Shown: positions 19,177-29,437, numbered from the stretch's first letter. The stretch is 59,154 bases of DNA from Eubacteriales bacterium (GCA_045580105.1 JAZNNH010000002.1:1-59154); one strand, 5' to 3'. The notes: generated by a model from the sequence alone, not told the origin. Made by a program: numbers and translations.

Positions 19177-19972
19177 CATTGAAACGTATTTTCAAACGCT
19201 CTATCCCAAGGAGCGTTCTTGCGCTTGGGATAACGATGGTCTTTTGGTTTGTTCCGATCGCGATAGGGAAGTGACAAGTGTTTTGACTTGCCTTGACGTT
19301 ACCTTTTCGGTCATCGAACGTGCCCTTGCCGAAAAATGCGAACTGATCATCAGCCATCATCCGCTGATCTTTTCCCCTCTTTCTGCTATTAATGAAGATT
19401 CGATCGTGGGGCAGAAGGTGTTGCTTCTTCTCCAGTCCAATCTGTCCCTGCTTTCTTTGCATACCCGATTTGACGGCGCCGTCGGCGGTCTGAACGACCG
19501 ATTCGGCGAAAAATTGGGCCTTTCGCCTCTCTATCACACGCCGCTTCTTCCGGAGGAACCGTTCATCGGAAAGATTGGCGTGTTGCCGAAAAAAATGACA
19601 CCGGAGGATCTTGCACGACGGGTTTCGGCGGCACTTTCTTCTCCTGTCAAACTCTATTCTGCTGGACTTGACGTGGAAAAAGTCGGCTTTTGCTGCGGCT
19701 CCGGCAAAGACTTGGTTTTGCCTTGTCTTTTGCAAGGTGCCGATGCCTTTGTCGGCGGGGATATTTCGTATCACTTGGCGCAAGAGGCCGTCGAGCGTGG
19801 AATGAGTGTGATCGATTGCGGTCACCATTCTTCGGAAAAAGACGCGGTCTATTATTTTAGAGATGCACTTCACGCTCTTTCCCCCGATTTGACCGTCCAT
19901 CCTTTCGTGGAGCCCTTAGGTGGCGAAAACATTGATTTTTCTCAGCTTTTTTGTTCAAATAGCACAACTTGA
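19163..19972 (+). CDS. Nif3-like dinuclear metal center protein (YqfO family)
   Basis: MKIRDIETYFQTLYPKERSCAWDNDGLLV...ISHHPLIF...CGHHSSE. Start at ATG 19163 with SD GGAGG (19152-19156). Confidence 0.85.
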   Translation: MKIRDIETYFQTLYPKERSCAWDNDGLLVCSDRDREVTSVLTCLDVTFSVIERALAEKCELIISHHPLIFSPLSAINEDSIVGQKVLLLLQSNLSLLSLHTRFDGAVGGLNDRFGEKLGLSPLYHTPLLPEEPFIGKIGVLPKKMTPEDLARRVSAALSSPVKLYSAGLDVEKVGFCCGSGKDLVLPCLLQGADAFVGGDISYHLAQEAVERGMSVIDCGHHSSEKDAVYYFRDALHALSPDLTVHPFVEPLGGENIDFSQLFCSNSTT

Positions 19973-20024
19973 TTTTTGATTAATTGTGCAAATAAAAAGA
20001 ATTTTTGAATTCTTATTTTTCGAC

Positions 20025-20053
20025 TTGATTATTTTTACATTTGGTGTTATAAT
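20025..20053 (+). promoter_or_regulatory. Sigma-70-type promoter for the substrate-binding lipoprotein gene
   Basis: TTGATT (20025-20030), 17-nt spacer, TATAAT (20048-20053). Confidence 0.45.
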
Positions 20054-20100
20054 TTCCTGTAGTATATTGGTATTTATGTGCCGTTTTAGGAGGTTTATCC

Positions 20101-21843
20101 ATGAAAAAAATCGTTGCATTATTGCTTTTGGCAGCAATGCTGGCCGCAAGTCTTTGCTCTTGTGCGGTTGATATGGAAGATGTGGGATCCATCATTCCGA
20201 TGTATCTTGCCGAGCCCCAGACCGATCTGGACCCCTCGAAAATGATCTATGACAAAGATTTTGTCAAAGTATCCTCTCTCATCTACGAGGGATTGACTCA
20301 GGTCACTTCCTCCGGCGAGATTGAGCCCGCCATTGCCAGCGAGTGGGAACAGAAGTACAACGAAGCCAGAGAAGAGTACTTCCTGCGCATCGACATCAAC
20401 TATTCCAGATGGAACGATGGCCGCATCTTGTCTGCCGACCACTTCGTTTACGCTTGGAAACGCATCCTTTCTCCCGAGGTTTCCAGCCCCGCTGCCGCAC
20501 TTCTTTTTGACATCAAGAATGCCAGAGAAGTAAAAGCCGGCAATATGACCATCGATGATCTGGGCGTTGCCGCAGTGGATCTCGATACGCTGGAAATTCA
20601 GTTCGAAAAGCCCATTGATCCCGAACTCTTCCTCGAAGCCATCTCCAGTCCCGCTTTGGTTCCGCAAAGAGACGACGTTGTTCAGGGCAAAGAAGACGTT
20701 TGGGCAACCAACGTAAACGACCTTGCGACCAACGGCAAATTCACGCTCAAAGCAATGAATCCCGAGGGCGCTTACCGTTTGGATTTCTCCAAATATTATC
20801 GTTTGGATAAAGAAGTAGAAGACGGCTATAACGTATTCGTAAAACCCTATCGTTTGATTACTGATTTTGCAAAATATAAGTCCGCAGAAGAAGCCATTAC
20901 CGCTTTCGATAACGGCGAATTGTTCTACGTTGGTTCTTTCACCGCAGAAACCTTTACGGCGAAAGAAAAACAGATTAAGTCTTCTGACACGCTTTCCTCT
21001 TACACCTACTTTTTCAACTGCAAGAACGACGTGCTCTCCGATGCTAAGGTTCGCAAAGCTCTGAGCATGGCTCTCAGTCGCGATCAGATCGCAACGTTGA
21101 TGGGTCAGAATGCCAAAGCTGCAGAGGGCTTTGTATCGTCCGTCGCAACCGGTTCTACCATGAAAAAGAGTTTCCGCAGCGAAGCAGGTAAGCTTTATAA
21201 CACCGCCGGTGATTTGGAAGGCGCTAAGGCGCTTTTGAAAGAGGCGGGCAAGAAGAGCGGATCTTTTGCCATCACCTATCGCGAAGATCGCGCCTATGAA
21301 AAAGCAGTTGCAGAATATGCAAAAGGCGTTTGGGAATCGCTCGGCTTCAAAGTAGAACTCAGTGCAAAGAAAGCCGATGCCTATGAAAAAGCTCTCATGG
21401 GCGGCACGTTTGACGTGATCGCACTGGACTATCAGTCCCTTTCTACCAACGCGTATGCAGCACTGGCTCCTTTTGCTCCCGCATACAGCGGATCTGAGGT
21501 TTCGGTTTCCGTTGATTCTGTCGGCACCTCTGAGCATGTAACCGGATACACTTCCGACGCTTACACCGCTCTTCTGGATGAAGTTCTGGAATCCACCGAC
21601 AGAAAGACTCGCACCAAAAAGCTCATTGAGATCGAAAAGATGCTCGGCGAGGATTGTCCCGCTATCGCACTTGCATTTTATGCTCACAACTATCTCGCTT
21701 CTTCCGAATTGAAGGGTCTGGAAACCAGCCCCTACGGCTGCACCCTTTTCACCAATGCCGTTCTGAAGAACTATGAAGAAAGAAACGAAGCATACCTTGC
21801 TGCAGAAGAAGCCGCTTTAAAGGCACAAAATGACGAAAAATAA
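20101..21843 (+). CDS. ABC transporter substrate-binding lipoprotein, peptide/nickel (family 5, OppA-like); no cognate permease or ATPase genes adjacent
   Basis: Signal peptide plus lipobox (LAASLCSCA). 580 aa, family-5 SBP-like sequence. Monocistronic: promoter upstream, terminator downstream. Confidence 0.8.
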   Translation: MKKIVALLLLAAMLAASLCSCAVDMEDVGSIIPMYLAEPQTDLDPSKMIYDKDFVKVSSLIYEGLTQVTSSGEIEPAIASEWEQKYNEAREEYFLRIDINYSRWNDGRILSADHFVYAWKRILSPEVSSPAAALLFDIKNAREVKAGNMTIDDLGVAAVDLDTLEIQFEKPIDPELFLEAISSPALVPQRDDVVQGKEDVWATNVNDLATNGKFTLKAMNPEGAYRLDFSKYYRLDKEVEDGYNVFVKPYRLITDFAKYKSAEEAITAFDNGELFYVGSFTAETFTAKEKQIKSSDTLSSYTYFFNCKNDVLSDAKVRKALSMALSRDQIATLMGQNAKAAEGFVSSVATGSTMKKSFRSEAGKLYNTAGDLEGAKALLKEAGKKSGSFAITYREDRAYEKAVAEYAKGVWESLGFKVELSAKKADAYEKALMGGTFDVIALDYQSLSTNAYAALAPFAPAYSGSEVSVSVDSVGTSEHVTGYTSDAYTALLDEVLESTDRKTRTKKLIEIEKMLGEDCPAIALAFYAHNYLASSELKGLETSPYGCTLFTNAVLKNYEERNEAYLAAEEAALKAQNDEK

Positions 21844-21862
21844 TCATTGAATCACGTTTTGA

Positions 21863-21901
21863 GGCAGACGTTCCAAACAGTCTGCCGGGTTTCTTTTTTT
21901 T
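21863..21901 (+). terminator. Rho-independent terminator after the SBP gene
   Basis: Stem ggcagac (21863-21869) / gtctgcc (21880-21886), followed by gggtttcttttttttc. Confidence 0.75.
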
Positions 21902-22034
21902 CGTCGGATCTTCTTTGTTGATTCCGAATTTTTTATTGGATAAAATATTGATTTTTTGAGTGCGAAATGGTATAATATTGGAAATAAAATACCAAAGTTT
22001 TGCCCTTTTGCGAAACTGGAAGGAATGGTGAAAT

Positions 22035-23138
22035 ATGAAACGAAATACAAAGCGTCTTGTTTGCGCTGTGTTGTTGCTCTCCACGCTCTTTTCTTTGTTT
22101 GCCTGCGCGGGAAATGCGCCGCAAACCACCGCAACGCAGGATCTCTTGAATCCAAACGATGCGTTGACCCAAACGCAAACTTCGTCTGACACCACGGACG
22201 CTGTCCCTCCCGTTCCCGAAACTTCGAAATATCTTAATCCCTTGACCGGCCTTGAGTGTGACGTCGATCACGCAGGAAAAAGACCGATTGGCATTATGAT
22301 CGGCAACACCAAGGATGCACTGCCTCAATACGGGCTCTCCAAAATGGATATTATTTACGAAGTGTTGGCGGAAGGCGGAATCCTGCGTCTTGAGGGCTTT
22401 GTCTTAGACTATCAAAGCATCGAAAAGATCGGCAGTATTCGTTCGGCACGCGCTTATTATGCTGAGCTTGCCTCTGCTCACGATGCGATTTTCGTTCACA
22501 GCGGAATTAATATTTACGCAACTCCGCACGTCAAAAAACTCGGCGTCAATAACATCAATGCCACCGGAGATGCGTTTTTCCGCGATCCCGCAAGAGAGGG
22601 CTATTCAAGGGAACATACCCACTTTGTTTGGGGTGCAAAGCTCGATTCTACCATCGCGCAGTTTAAGTATCGCACCGAGCTTTCCGATCCGAACTTCACT
22701 TCCTTCCCGTTTGACTCCAACTTTACGACTCTAGGTACCGGCAAAGCCGCAACCTACGTCAAAGTAAAGCATTCGGGCTATAACGTTTCCGAGTTCCGCT
22801 ATAATGCAACGGATAAGAAATATTACCATTCTCAGTACGGCGCAGACCATATTGACGGTGCAAACAAAGAAAAGGTTGCAACCGAAAACGTATTCGTCTT
22901 GTTTGCCGCACACGGATATTTTGCTGACGGAAAAAGCCGCAACATCACCTTGACCGGTCAGGGAAAGGGGTATTATATGACTTGCGGTGAAATGATCCCG
23001 ATCGTGTGGAAAAGAGCCGGTGAAAACGGTACGTTCTCGTATTTTAAAGAAGATGGAACGCCCCTTTCCGTTCGTCCCGGCAAGAGCTACGTTTCCATCG
23101 CCGATACCAAAATTGCATCGACCATTACCATTTCTTGA
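22035..23138 (+). CDS. DUF3048 (YerB-like) lipoprotein
   Basis: Lipobox LFACAG, low-complexity linker, then PIGIMIGNTKDALPQYGLSKMDIIYEVLAEGGILRLEGF...IGSIRSARAYY, typical of DUF3048. Confidence 0.7.
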   Translation: MKRNTKRLVCAVLLLSTLFSLFACAGNAPQTTATQDLLNPNDALTQTQTSSDTTDAVPPVPETSKYLNPLTGLECDVDHAGKRPIGIMIGNTKDALPQYGLSKMDIIYEVLAEGGILRLEGFVLDYQSIEKIGSIRSARAYYAELASAHDAIFVHSGINIYATPHVKKLGVNNINATGDAFFRDPAREGYSREHTHFVWGAKLDSTIAQFKYRTELSDPNFTSFPFDSNFTTLGTGKAATYVKVKHSGYNVSEFRYNATDKKYYHSQYGADHIDGANKEKVATENVFVLFAAHGYFADGKSRNITLTGQGKGYYMTCGEMIPIVWKRAGENGTFSYFKEDGTPLSVRPGKSYVSIADTKIASTITIS

Positions 23139-23155
23139 GGAGATTCCAAACCAGT

Positions 23156-24856
23156 ATGAACAATTTGAAGACCAGCATTGCAAAAACGCTATCTCAGATT
23201 CTTTCCCATCCGGAATTGGGTGAGAATCAGATCCTTGATTTTTTTGATACGCCCCCCAATCCCCAAATGGGTGACGTTGCTCTTGCTTGCTTTCGGCTTT
23301 CCAAACTGTTGAGAAAAAGCCCGATGGCGATTGCCGAAGAGCTTTCGACCGCTCTGTCGGCAAATTTACCCGAGGGGGTCAGCCGTGTGGAAAACGCAGG
23401 CGGCTATTTGAACTTTTTCCTTGCCGATTCCTACCGCATTTCGCTTCTGCGTGAAATGCTGGAAGCCGGGGAAAATTACGGTAGCAACAAAATCGGAGAA
23501 GGCAAGACCATGGTCATTGACTATTCTTCTCCCAACATCGCCAAGCGCTTTCACATCGGACACTTGGGAACGACCATTATCGGTAATTCCATCAAACTCA
23601 TTCACCGCTTTTCCGGTTACAAGACCGTTGGAATCAATTATTTGGGTGACTGGGGTACGCAGTACGGAAAATTGGTGGTTGCCTTCAAAAAGTGGGGAAA
23701 TGAAGATACGATTCAAAAAATCGGCATTGAAGAATTAAATCGACTTTACGTTTTGTTCGGAACAAAGGTCGAAGAAGATCCTGCGCTCAACGATGAAGCA
23801 AGGCACGAGTTTGCGCTTCTCGAGGCAGGGGATGAAGAGAATCTTCGTCTTTGGCGACTCTTCAAGGAAATCAGCTTAAAAGAATATATGAAAACGTATG
23901 AGCTTTTGGGCGTTTCCTTTGACAGTTTCAACGGCGAGAGCTTTTATAGTGATAAAATGCCCGCTGTTGTGGAAGAATTGAAAGAAAAGAATCTTCTGAA
24001 AATCGATGACGGAGCAAGTCTTGTCGATTTGGAAGAATATCATATGCCTCCGTGTTTGATTCTCAAACGCGACGGTTCTTCTCTTTATCCGACACGCGAT
24101 ATTGCCGCCGCGCTTTGGAGAAAGAAAGAGTACAGCTTCGATAAGTGTATATACGTTACCAGCGCAGGGCAGAGCTTGCATTTTGCGCAGTGGTTCAAAG
24201 TGGTTGGCTTGATGGGATACGATTGGGAAGACCAATTGATCCACGTTCCCTACGGAACCTTCAGTATCAACGGAGAAAAAATTGCTTCGCGCACCGGCAA
24301 CGTTGTTTTGCTCGACGATCTGTTCCAGGAAGCGATCGAAAAAGCCGGGGCGATCATTGAAGAGAAAAATCCCGGCCTTGCCAACAAAGACCAGATCGCT
24401 CGCGACGTCGGTGTCGGTGCGGTTATCTTCAACAGTCTTTCCGCCAACCGCATCAAGGACGTGAACTTCAATTGGTCGGAAGCACTCAATTTCGACGGTA
24501 ACACGGGTCCTTATGCCCAGTACACCTATGCAAGAGCTTGCAGCATCCTGAACCAGTCGGAAGCGGCGCAGTGTCCTGTGATGAAAGAGCTTTGTGCGGA
24601 AGAAAAAGAGCTGATCACAACCCTGTCTTTGTTCCCCGACCGTGTGGTTCGTGCGCTCAATGAATATGAACCGTCTATCATTACAAGATTTGCTCTTGAC
24701 CTGTGTCAGAGCTTTAACCGCTTTTATAATGCTTGTCCCATTCGCAGTGCAACCGGGGACGAGAAGGCACTTCGCCTTTGCCTTTGCCAAGCGGTCAAAA
24801 ACTCTTTGGGCACAGCGTTGCACTTAATCGGGTTGAGAACACCTGAAAAAATCTAA
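23156..24856 (+). CDS. argS: Arginine--tRNA ligase
   Basis: SSPNIAKRFHIGHLGTTIIGN (HIGH motif), a class I anticodon-binding C-terminus, about 566 aa. ATG 23156 chosen; the ORF-track TTG 23135 is an alternative start. Confidence 0.9.
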   Translation: MNNLKTSIAKTLSQILSHPELGENQILDFFDTPPNPQMGDVALACFRLSKLLRKSPMAIAEELSTALSANLPEGVSRVENAGGYLNFFLADSYRISLLREMLEAGENYGSNKIGEGKTMVIDYSSPNIAKRFHIGHLGTTIIGNSIKLIHRFSGYKTVGINYLGDWGTQYGKLVVAFKKWGNEDTIQKIGIEELNRLYVLFGTKVEEDPALNDEARHEFALLEAGDEENLRLWRLFKEISLKEYMKTYELLGVSFDSFNGESFYSDKMPAVVEELKEKNLLKIDDGASLVDLEEYHMPPCLILKRDGSSLYPTRDIAAALWRKKEYSFDKCIYVTSAGQSLHFAQWFKVVGLMGYDWEDQLIHVPYGTFSINGEKIASRTGNVVLLDDLFQEAIEKAGAIIEEKNPGLANKDQIARDVGVGAVIFNSLSANRIKDVNFNWSEALNFDGNTGPYAQYTYARACSILNQSEAAQCPVMKELCAEEKELITTLSLFPDRVVRALNEYEPSIITRFALDLCQSFNRFYNACPIRSATGDEKALRLCLCQAVKNSLGTALHLIGLRTPEKI

Positions 24857-24878
24857 TTCAATTTCGGAGGAAATAGAT

Positions 24879-25601
24879 ATGTCCGGTCATTCTAAGTGGA
24901 GTAATATCAAACATAAAAAAGAAAAAACCGACGCGCAGCGCGCGAAGGTGTTTACCAAAATCGGTAAAGAGATCGCAATGGCGGTGAAAGCCGGCGGTCC
25001 CGACCCGAACGCGAACTCAAAATTGCGTGATCTGATCGCAAAAGCCAAGGGGCTTAACGTTCCCAATGATAACATTGACCGCATCATCAAAAAAGCGGCA
25101 TCGTCCGATTCGGAAAACTACGAATCCATTTACTATGAAGGATACGGTCCCAGCGGAATTGCCGTCATCGTAGAGTGTGCAACAGACAACCGTAACCGCA
25201 CCAGTGCCGACCTTCGTCATTATTTTGATAAATTTGGCGGCAACCTGGGTACCACGGGCTGCGTGTCATATCTGTTCAGCGACAAAGGCATCATTTTGGT
25301 ACAGGCCGAGGGAGTCGATGAAGATTCTCTGATGGAAGTTTCCCTCGAAGCAGGTGCGGAAGACATCGGGCTGGAAGAAGACGCGTTTGAAGTTCTCACC
25401 GCTCCGGCAGATCTGGAAGCTGTGAAAGAGGAAATCGTGAAGGCCGGATACACCGTCCTTTCGACCGAAGAAACAAAGATCCCGTCTACTTACGTGAATG
25501 TTTCCGACGAAGAGTCCGTGATCAAAATGCAAAAGTTGATCGACGCTTTGGATGACAACGAGGACGTTCAAAATTATTGGCATAACTGGGAGAACGAATG
25601 A
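24879..25601 (+). CDS. YebC/PmpR family DNA-binding transcriptional regulator
   Basis: MSGHSKWSNIKHKKEKTDAQRAKVFTKIGKEI is the invariant YebC N-terminus. Confidence 0.92.
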   Translation: MSGHSKWSNIKHKKEKTDAQRAKVFTKIGKEIAMAVKAGGPDPNANSKLRDLIAKAKGLNVPNDNIDRIIKKAASSDSENYESIYYEGYGPSGIAVIVECATDNRNRTSADLRHYFDKFGGNLGTTGCVSYLFSDKGIILVQAEGVDEDSLMEVSLEAGAEDIGLEEDAFEVLTAPADLEAVKEEIVKAGYTVLSTEETKIPSTYVNVSDEESVIKMQKLIDALDDNEDVQNYWHNWENE

Positions 25602-26359
25602 GAAAAGACGTTGAAAAGCATGGGGAATCCGATTTTGCCGAAGGTGCGATCTCGATTCTGTCCATCTTGAAAAACGATTCCCGCCCTGTTTTTCAGATTT
25701 ATCTTCTTCCTCAAGCAAAGAAGGATGAACGCAATATTATGCGCCTTCTTTCCCTTGCCAAAAAGAAGAAAATTCCCGTTACGAGCGCGGACGATGCGTT
25801 TTTCCAATCGGTTACCACAGGCCACACCCACGGCGGCGTGATTGCCCGTGTCGGTCAACGCCGTATGGTAAGCGTGGAAGAAGTGTTCGAAAAAGGAAAC
25901 GGCTTTGTCTTTTTGATTTGCGGCATTGAAGACCCCTTTAATTTCGGGTGCGCCGTTCGTTCCTTTTATGCGGCGGGTGCGGGTGGCATGATCCTCACCC
26001 CCCGAAATTGGCTGTCCTGTGCCGGCGTGACCATTCGTTCCTCGGCAGGAACCACGGAAGCGCTGCCTTGTGCTTGCTATGAATCTCCGACTGCGCTTTG
26101 TACAATAGCAAAGGAAAAAGGGTATCGCGTGGTCTGTGCCTGCGAAAAGGATTCGGTCGATCTGTTTTTCGCCGACCTTGAAAAACCGATTTTTCTGATC
26201 GTCGGTGGGGAAAAGAGGGGAATTTCCCGTGAATTTTTGGATGCGGCAGATGAAAAAATCCGCATTCCGTACGGCAGAGCTTTTAAGGGCTCTTTGACGG
26301 CGTCCGCCGCCTCCGCGATCTGCGCGTTTGAGGTGCTTCGCCGACAGACGAAACAATAG
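25598..26359 (+). CDS. TrmH/SpoU family RNA 2'-O-methyltransferase (RlmB-like)
   Basis: C-terminal SpoU motifs FLIVGGEKRGISREF...IPYGRAFKGSLTASAASAI. Its start overlaps the yebC stop (ATGA). Confidence 0.8.
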   Translation: MRKDVEKHGESDFAEGAISILSILKNDSRPVFQIYLLPQAKKDERNIMRLLSLAKKKKIPVTSADDAFFQSVTTGHTHGGVIARVGQRRMVSVEEVFEKGNGFVFLICGIEDPFNFGCAVRSFYAAGAGGMILTPRNWLSCAGVTIRSSAGTTEALPCACYESPTALCTIAKEKGYRVVCACEKDSVDLFFADLEKPIFLIVGGEKRGISREFLDAADEKIRIPYGRAFKGSLTASAASAICAFEVLRRQTKQ

Positions 26360-26367
26360 GAGAAAAA

Positions 26368-27033
26368 ATGGAACAACTCATACCCCGCATTTTGGATTTT
26401 TTGATTACCTTGCCGCCCATTCTGATTGCGCTTTCCGTTCACGAATTGATGCACGGCTATGCCGCTTATCGCTTGGGTGATCCGACTGCAAAGTATATGG
26501 GGCGACTTTCCCTCAATCCTTTGCGTCACATTGATCCGATCGGCTTTTTGTCCTTGATGATCTTTCACATCGGTTGGGCAAAGCCCGTTTCCGTTGATCC
26601 GCGGTATTTTAAAAAGCCCAAGCGCGATATGGCGCTGACCGCTCTGGCTGGTCCGCTTTCCAATTTCGTTCTCGCGTTTCTCTTTTCTTTTGTCTACGTG
26701 CTGTGTGTTCGAATTGGGTATCAGTTCTCCCTGATGGGAACTGTTTCCGTTACCCCTTACGACGTGTTTTTGATGATGATGTCCTATATGATCACCATCA
26801 ACTTAGGATTGGGAGTTTTCAATTTGATTCCCATTCCGCCGCTGGATGGCTCAAAGATTCTTTATGCCTTTTTGCCGTATCAGATCGTATACAAAATTGC
26901 CCCGTATGAGCGCTATATTCAATTTGCTATGATTTTACTTTTGGCGTTCGGCATTTTATCGGTTCCGATCGGCTCGGCGGTTTCGTTTTTCTCCAACTTG
27001 TTTTTGAATCTTGCAAAAGGAGTACTCCTTTAA
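26368..27033 (+). CDS. Site-2 protease (M50) family membrane metalloprotease
   Basis: HELMHGYAA (HExxH) in a TM helix, plus NLIPIPPLDGSK. Confidence 0.85.
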   Translation: MEQLIPRILDFLITLPPILIALSVHELMHGYAAYRLGDPTAKYMGRLSLNPLRHIDPIGFLSLMIFHIGWAKPVSVDPRYFKKPKRDMALTALAGPLSNFVLAFLFSFVYVLCVRIGYQFSLMGTVSVTPYDVFLMMMSYMITINLGLGVFNLIPIPPLDGSKILYAFLPYQIVYKIAPYERYIQFAMILLLAFGILSVPIGSAVSFFSNLFLNLAKGVLL

Positions 27034-27776
27034 TGGCAACTGAACAGTTGAATTTTAAACTGGAAATATTCGACGGCCCGCTTGATTTGCTCCTGACCTT
27101 GATTACCAAGCAGAAGATCAACATTTACGATATTCCGATCGCTCATATTCTGGATCAGTATCTGGAATATATGGAGCTTTGCCAGATTTACAATGCAGAG
27201 CTTTCCAGTGAATTCATCGTAATGGCGTGTGAACTTCTCTATATCAAATCAAAAATGCTTTTGCCCGACGAACAGGAGGAAGAGGACCCGCGTGACGACT
27301 TGGTTCGTTCCTTGATTGAATATTCTGAGGTAAAAAGGGCAGCATCGTTCTTGTCGGAACGCGAAAAAGAGTATTATCATCGCTATTATCCAACCCCGAA
27401 AGAGCCGGTGGTGAAAGTGGAAACCGCGCTTTCCGATCCTGCGCTTTTATGGGAGGCGTTCAGCCAAATGAGAACGGCTCTGCGAGAAGACAGAGAGCGA
27501 AAAAAGAAAGAAGACGTTCAGAGCATTTTCTCGGCAAAGATCACTCCGGTTGAATCCAAGGTTGTGTTTGTGCTTCGCCGCATGGTCAAGGCCTTTCCTC
27601 GCGGAAACAGCGTTTCCTTTTCTTCCATGATAAAGGAACAAGGCGATCGGAGCGACCGCGTGGCAACGTTCCTTGCTATTTTGGAACTGGTTCAAAGCGG
27701 TAGAATTTCCTTTGAACATAAAGAAAACGATTATATCATCAGTTTGAATCTGGAAAGAGAGGGGGCAAAACAATGA
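27033..27776 (+). CDS. scpA: Segregation and condensation protein A
   Basis: FDGPLDLLLTLITKQKINIYDIPIAHILDQYLEY is the ScpA signature N-terminus. scpB follows. Confidence 0.9.
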   Translation: MATEQLNFKLEIFDGPLDLLLTLITKQKINIYDIPIAHILDQYLEYMELCQIYNAELSSEFIVMACELLYIKSKMLLPDEQEEEDPRDDLVRSLIEYSEVKRAASFLSEREKEYYHRYYPTPKEPVVKVETALSDPALLWEAFSQMRTALREDRERKKKEDVQSIFSAKITPVESKVVFVLRRMVKAFPRGNSVSFSSMIKEQGDRSDRVATFLAILELVQSGRISFEHKENDYIISLNLEREGAKQ

Positions 27777-28354
27777 AATATTCGCTGAAATTTGTCAGCT
27801 ACGAAGACGGCTATTTGATTAACGCACTGGAAGCGGTTTTGTTTGCAGGCGGAGATCCCGTCAGCATTGAGCGCTTGGCGCAGATTTTTGATATCACCAA
27901 AACGGAAGTCGGCGTTGTTGTCGATCAGTTAGAAGCGCGTCTTGCCCAAAACAATTCCTCTTTCCAGCTTTGCAGAGTGGGGGATTCCGTTCAGCTATGC
28001 ACCAAAAAGGAATATTCCGAACCGGTTCAGAAATTGCTTGAAATCAAACGAACCTCTCCCATCTCCAAGGCGGCACTGGAAGCCCTTTCCATTGTGGCGT
28101 ATAAACAGCCCGTCACCAAAACGTATATCGAGCAGGTTCGCGGAGTTGATTGCTCCGGAATCATTTCCACGCTGCTTCAGCGAGAATTAATCGAAGAATG
28201 CGGAAGATTGGATGCTCCCGGTCGTCCCATTCTCTATCAAACAACGTATAATTTCCTGCGTTGCTTCGGTTTGGAAAGCATAGAAGATTTGCCGGGCGAA
28301 GTCTCGGTTCAGCTGAAGATCGACGGCATTGGTGATTCGGAGCCCGAAGCATGA
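27773..28354 (+). CDS. scpB: Segregation and condensation protein B
   Basis: ALEAVLFAGGDPVSIERLAQI...LSKAALEALSIVAYKQPVTKTYIEQVRGV. Confidence 0.9.
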   Translation: MKYSLKFVSYEDGYLINALEAVLFAGGDPVSIERLAQIFDITKTEVGVVVDQLEARLAQNNSSFQLCRVGDSVQLCTKKEYSEPVQKLLEIKRTSPISKAALEALSIVAYKQPVTKTYIEQVRGVDCSGIISTLLQRELIEECGRLDAPGRPILYQTTYNFLRCFGLESIEDLPGEVSVQLKIDGIGDSEPEA

Positions 28355-28983
28355 TCGCCCTTTACGTTGTTCTTGCTTTGTTAGCGCTGATTCTCTTTTT
28401 GCTCTTTGTTAATATCCATATCATTTTTGTGTATCGAGAAAAAGCGCAGGTCATCGTTCGAATCCTCTTTCTTCGGATGGATGGAATGCACCTGTTTTCC
28501 TATTTCACCCGTGAAAAAGAGGGGGGAGAGGAGAAAGAGCAAACTCAGTCGGAAAAGCCGCAAGCACCAAAGAAAAAAAGAAAAGCCGATCCTTTGGGCT
28601 TTGTCGAATTTTTACTTCGTATTACCAGAGTCGTTTCTCTTGCCGTGAAAGAGCATCTTTCCAAAATGCGTATTCATCTGAAAGAGCTTTGTGTTATCAT
28701 CGGAACGGATGACGCGGCAAAAACGGCAATGCTGACCGGCGGTGCGATTCAGGCGGCGAACTTCCTTTGCGTTTTGCTTCAGCGCTTCTCGCATTTTACT
28801 TGTGACAATCGAAATCTTGTCATTTCACCGGATTTTACATCGGAACAAAGCCGTTTCACCGTCCACTTGGATTTAACTGTAAAAGCATATCATTTGATTA
28901 CCATATTTATGAGAGCATATTTTAGGTTATTTGAAGGAAAGGATGAACATCATGCACGAAATTCCGTTAAAACAAGTCATTGA
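28351..28983 (+). CDS. ytfI: DUF2953 (YtfI-like) sporulation-associated membrane protein
   Basis: N-terminal TM, charged linker, and position immediately upstream of ytfJ as in Bacillus and Clostridia. Confidence 0.6.
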   Translation: MIALYVVLALLALILFLLFVNIHIIFVYREKAQVIVRILFLRMDGMHLFSYFTREKEGGEEKEQTQSEKPQAPKKKRKADPLGFVEFLLRITRVVSLAVKEHLSKMRIHLKELCVIIGTDDAAKTAMLTGGAIQAANFLCVLLQRFSHFTCDNRNLVISPDFTSEQSRFTVHLDLTVKAYHLITIFMRAYFRLFEGKDEHHARNSVKTSH

Positions 28984-29437
28984 CGCATCCCTTGAAAACA
29001 TCAAGAAGGTTTTGGATGCAGACGCTGTGGTGGGAACGCCCATCACCCTTCCCGGCGACGTTACCATTATCCCCATTTCCAAGGTCAGCTGCGGCTTCAC
29101 CTCGGGCGGTGTGGATTTTGACAGCAAAACCAATCCGCGCCGTGATATGCCTCATTTCGGAGGCGGCAACGGGGCAGGAATGTCCGTTACTCCACTCACG
29201 TTTCTGGTCATCACCGGAAACGACGTTCGTCTGATGAACGTCAACGGAACGAACGTTTCCTCTGACAGTGCTCTTGTCAACACCATTTCCGATCTTGTAG
29301 ACAAATCCCCCGCTATCTTTGAGAAGATCAAATCCTATTTTAAGAAGGACGACAAAAAAGCGGCAGACAGTGAGGAAAAAAACGAAGCGGAAAGCACGCA
29401 AACTGCCAGCCAAGAGGATAGCACCGTAACAGAATAA
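28952..29437 (+). CDS. ytfJ: Sporulation protein YtfJ (GerW family)
   Basis: LENIKKVLDADAVVGTPITLPGDVTIIPISKVSCGFTSGGVDF...GGGNGAGMSVTPLTFLVI. The start could also be ATG 28943. Confidence 0.8.
   Translation: MHEIPLKQVIDASLENIKKVLDADAVVGTPITLPGDVTIIPISKVSCGFTSGGVDFDSKTNPRRDMPHFGGGNGAGMSVTPLTFLVITGNDVRLMNVNGTNVSSDSALVNTISDLVDKSPAIFEKIKSYFKKDDKKAADSEEKNEAESTQTASQEDSTVTE

Noticed and set aside
20119-21687. 522-aa ORF antisense to the OppA-like SBP gene
   Set aside because: Same reasoning: fully nested antisense to a well-supported lipoprotein gene, with no motifs and no translation signals.
23139-23155. T-box leader for argS
   Set aside because: Only 17 nt separate the upstream CDS from the argS start, so there is no room for a T-box of about 200 nt.
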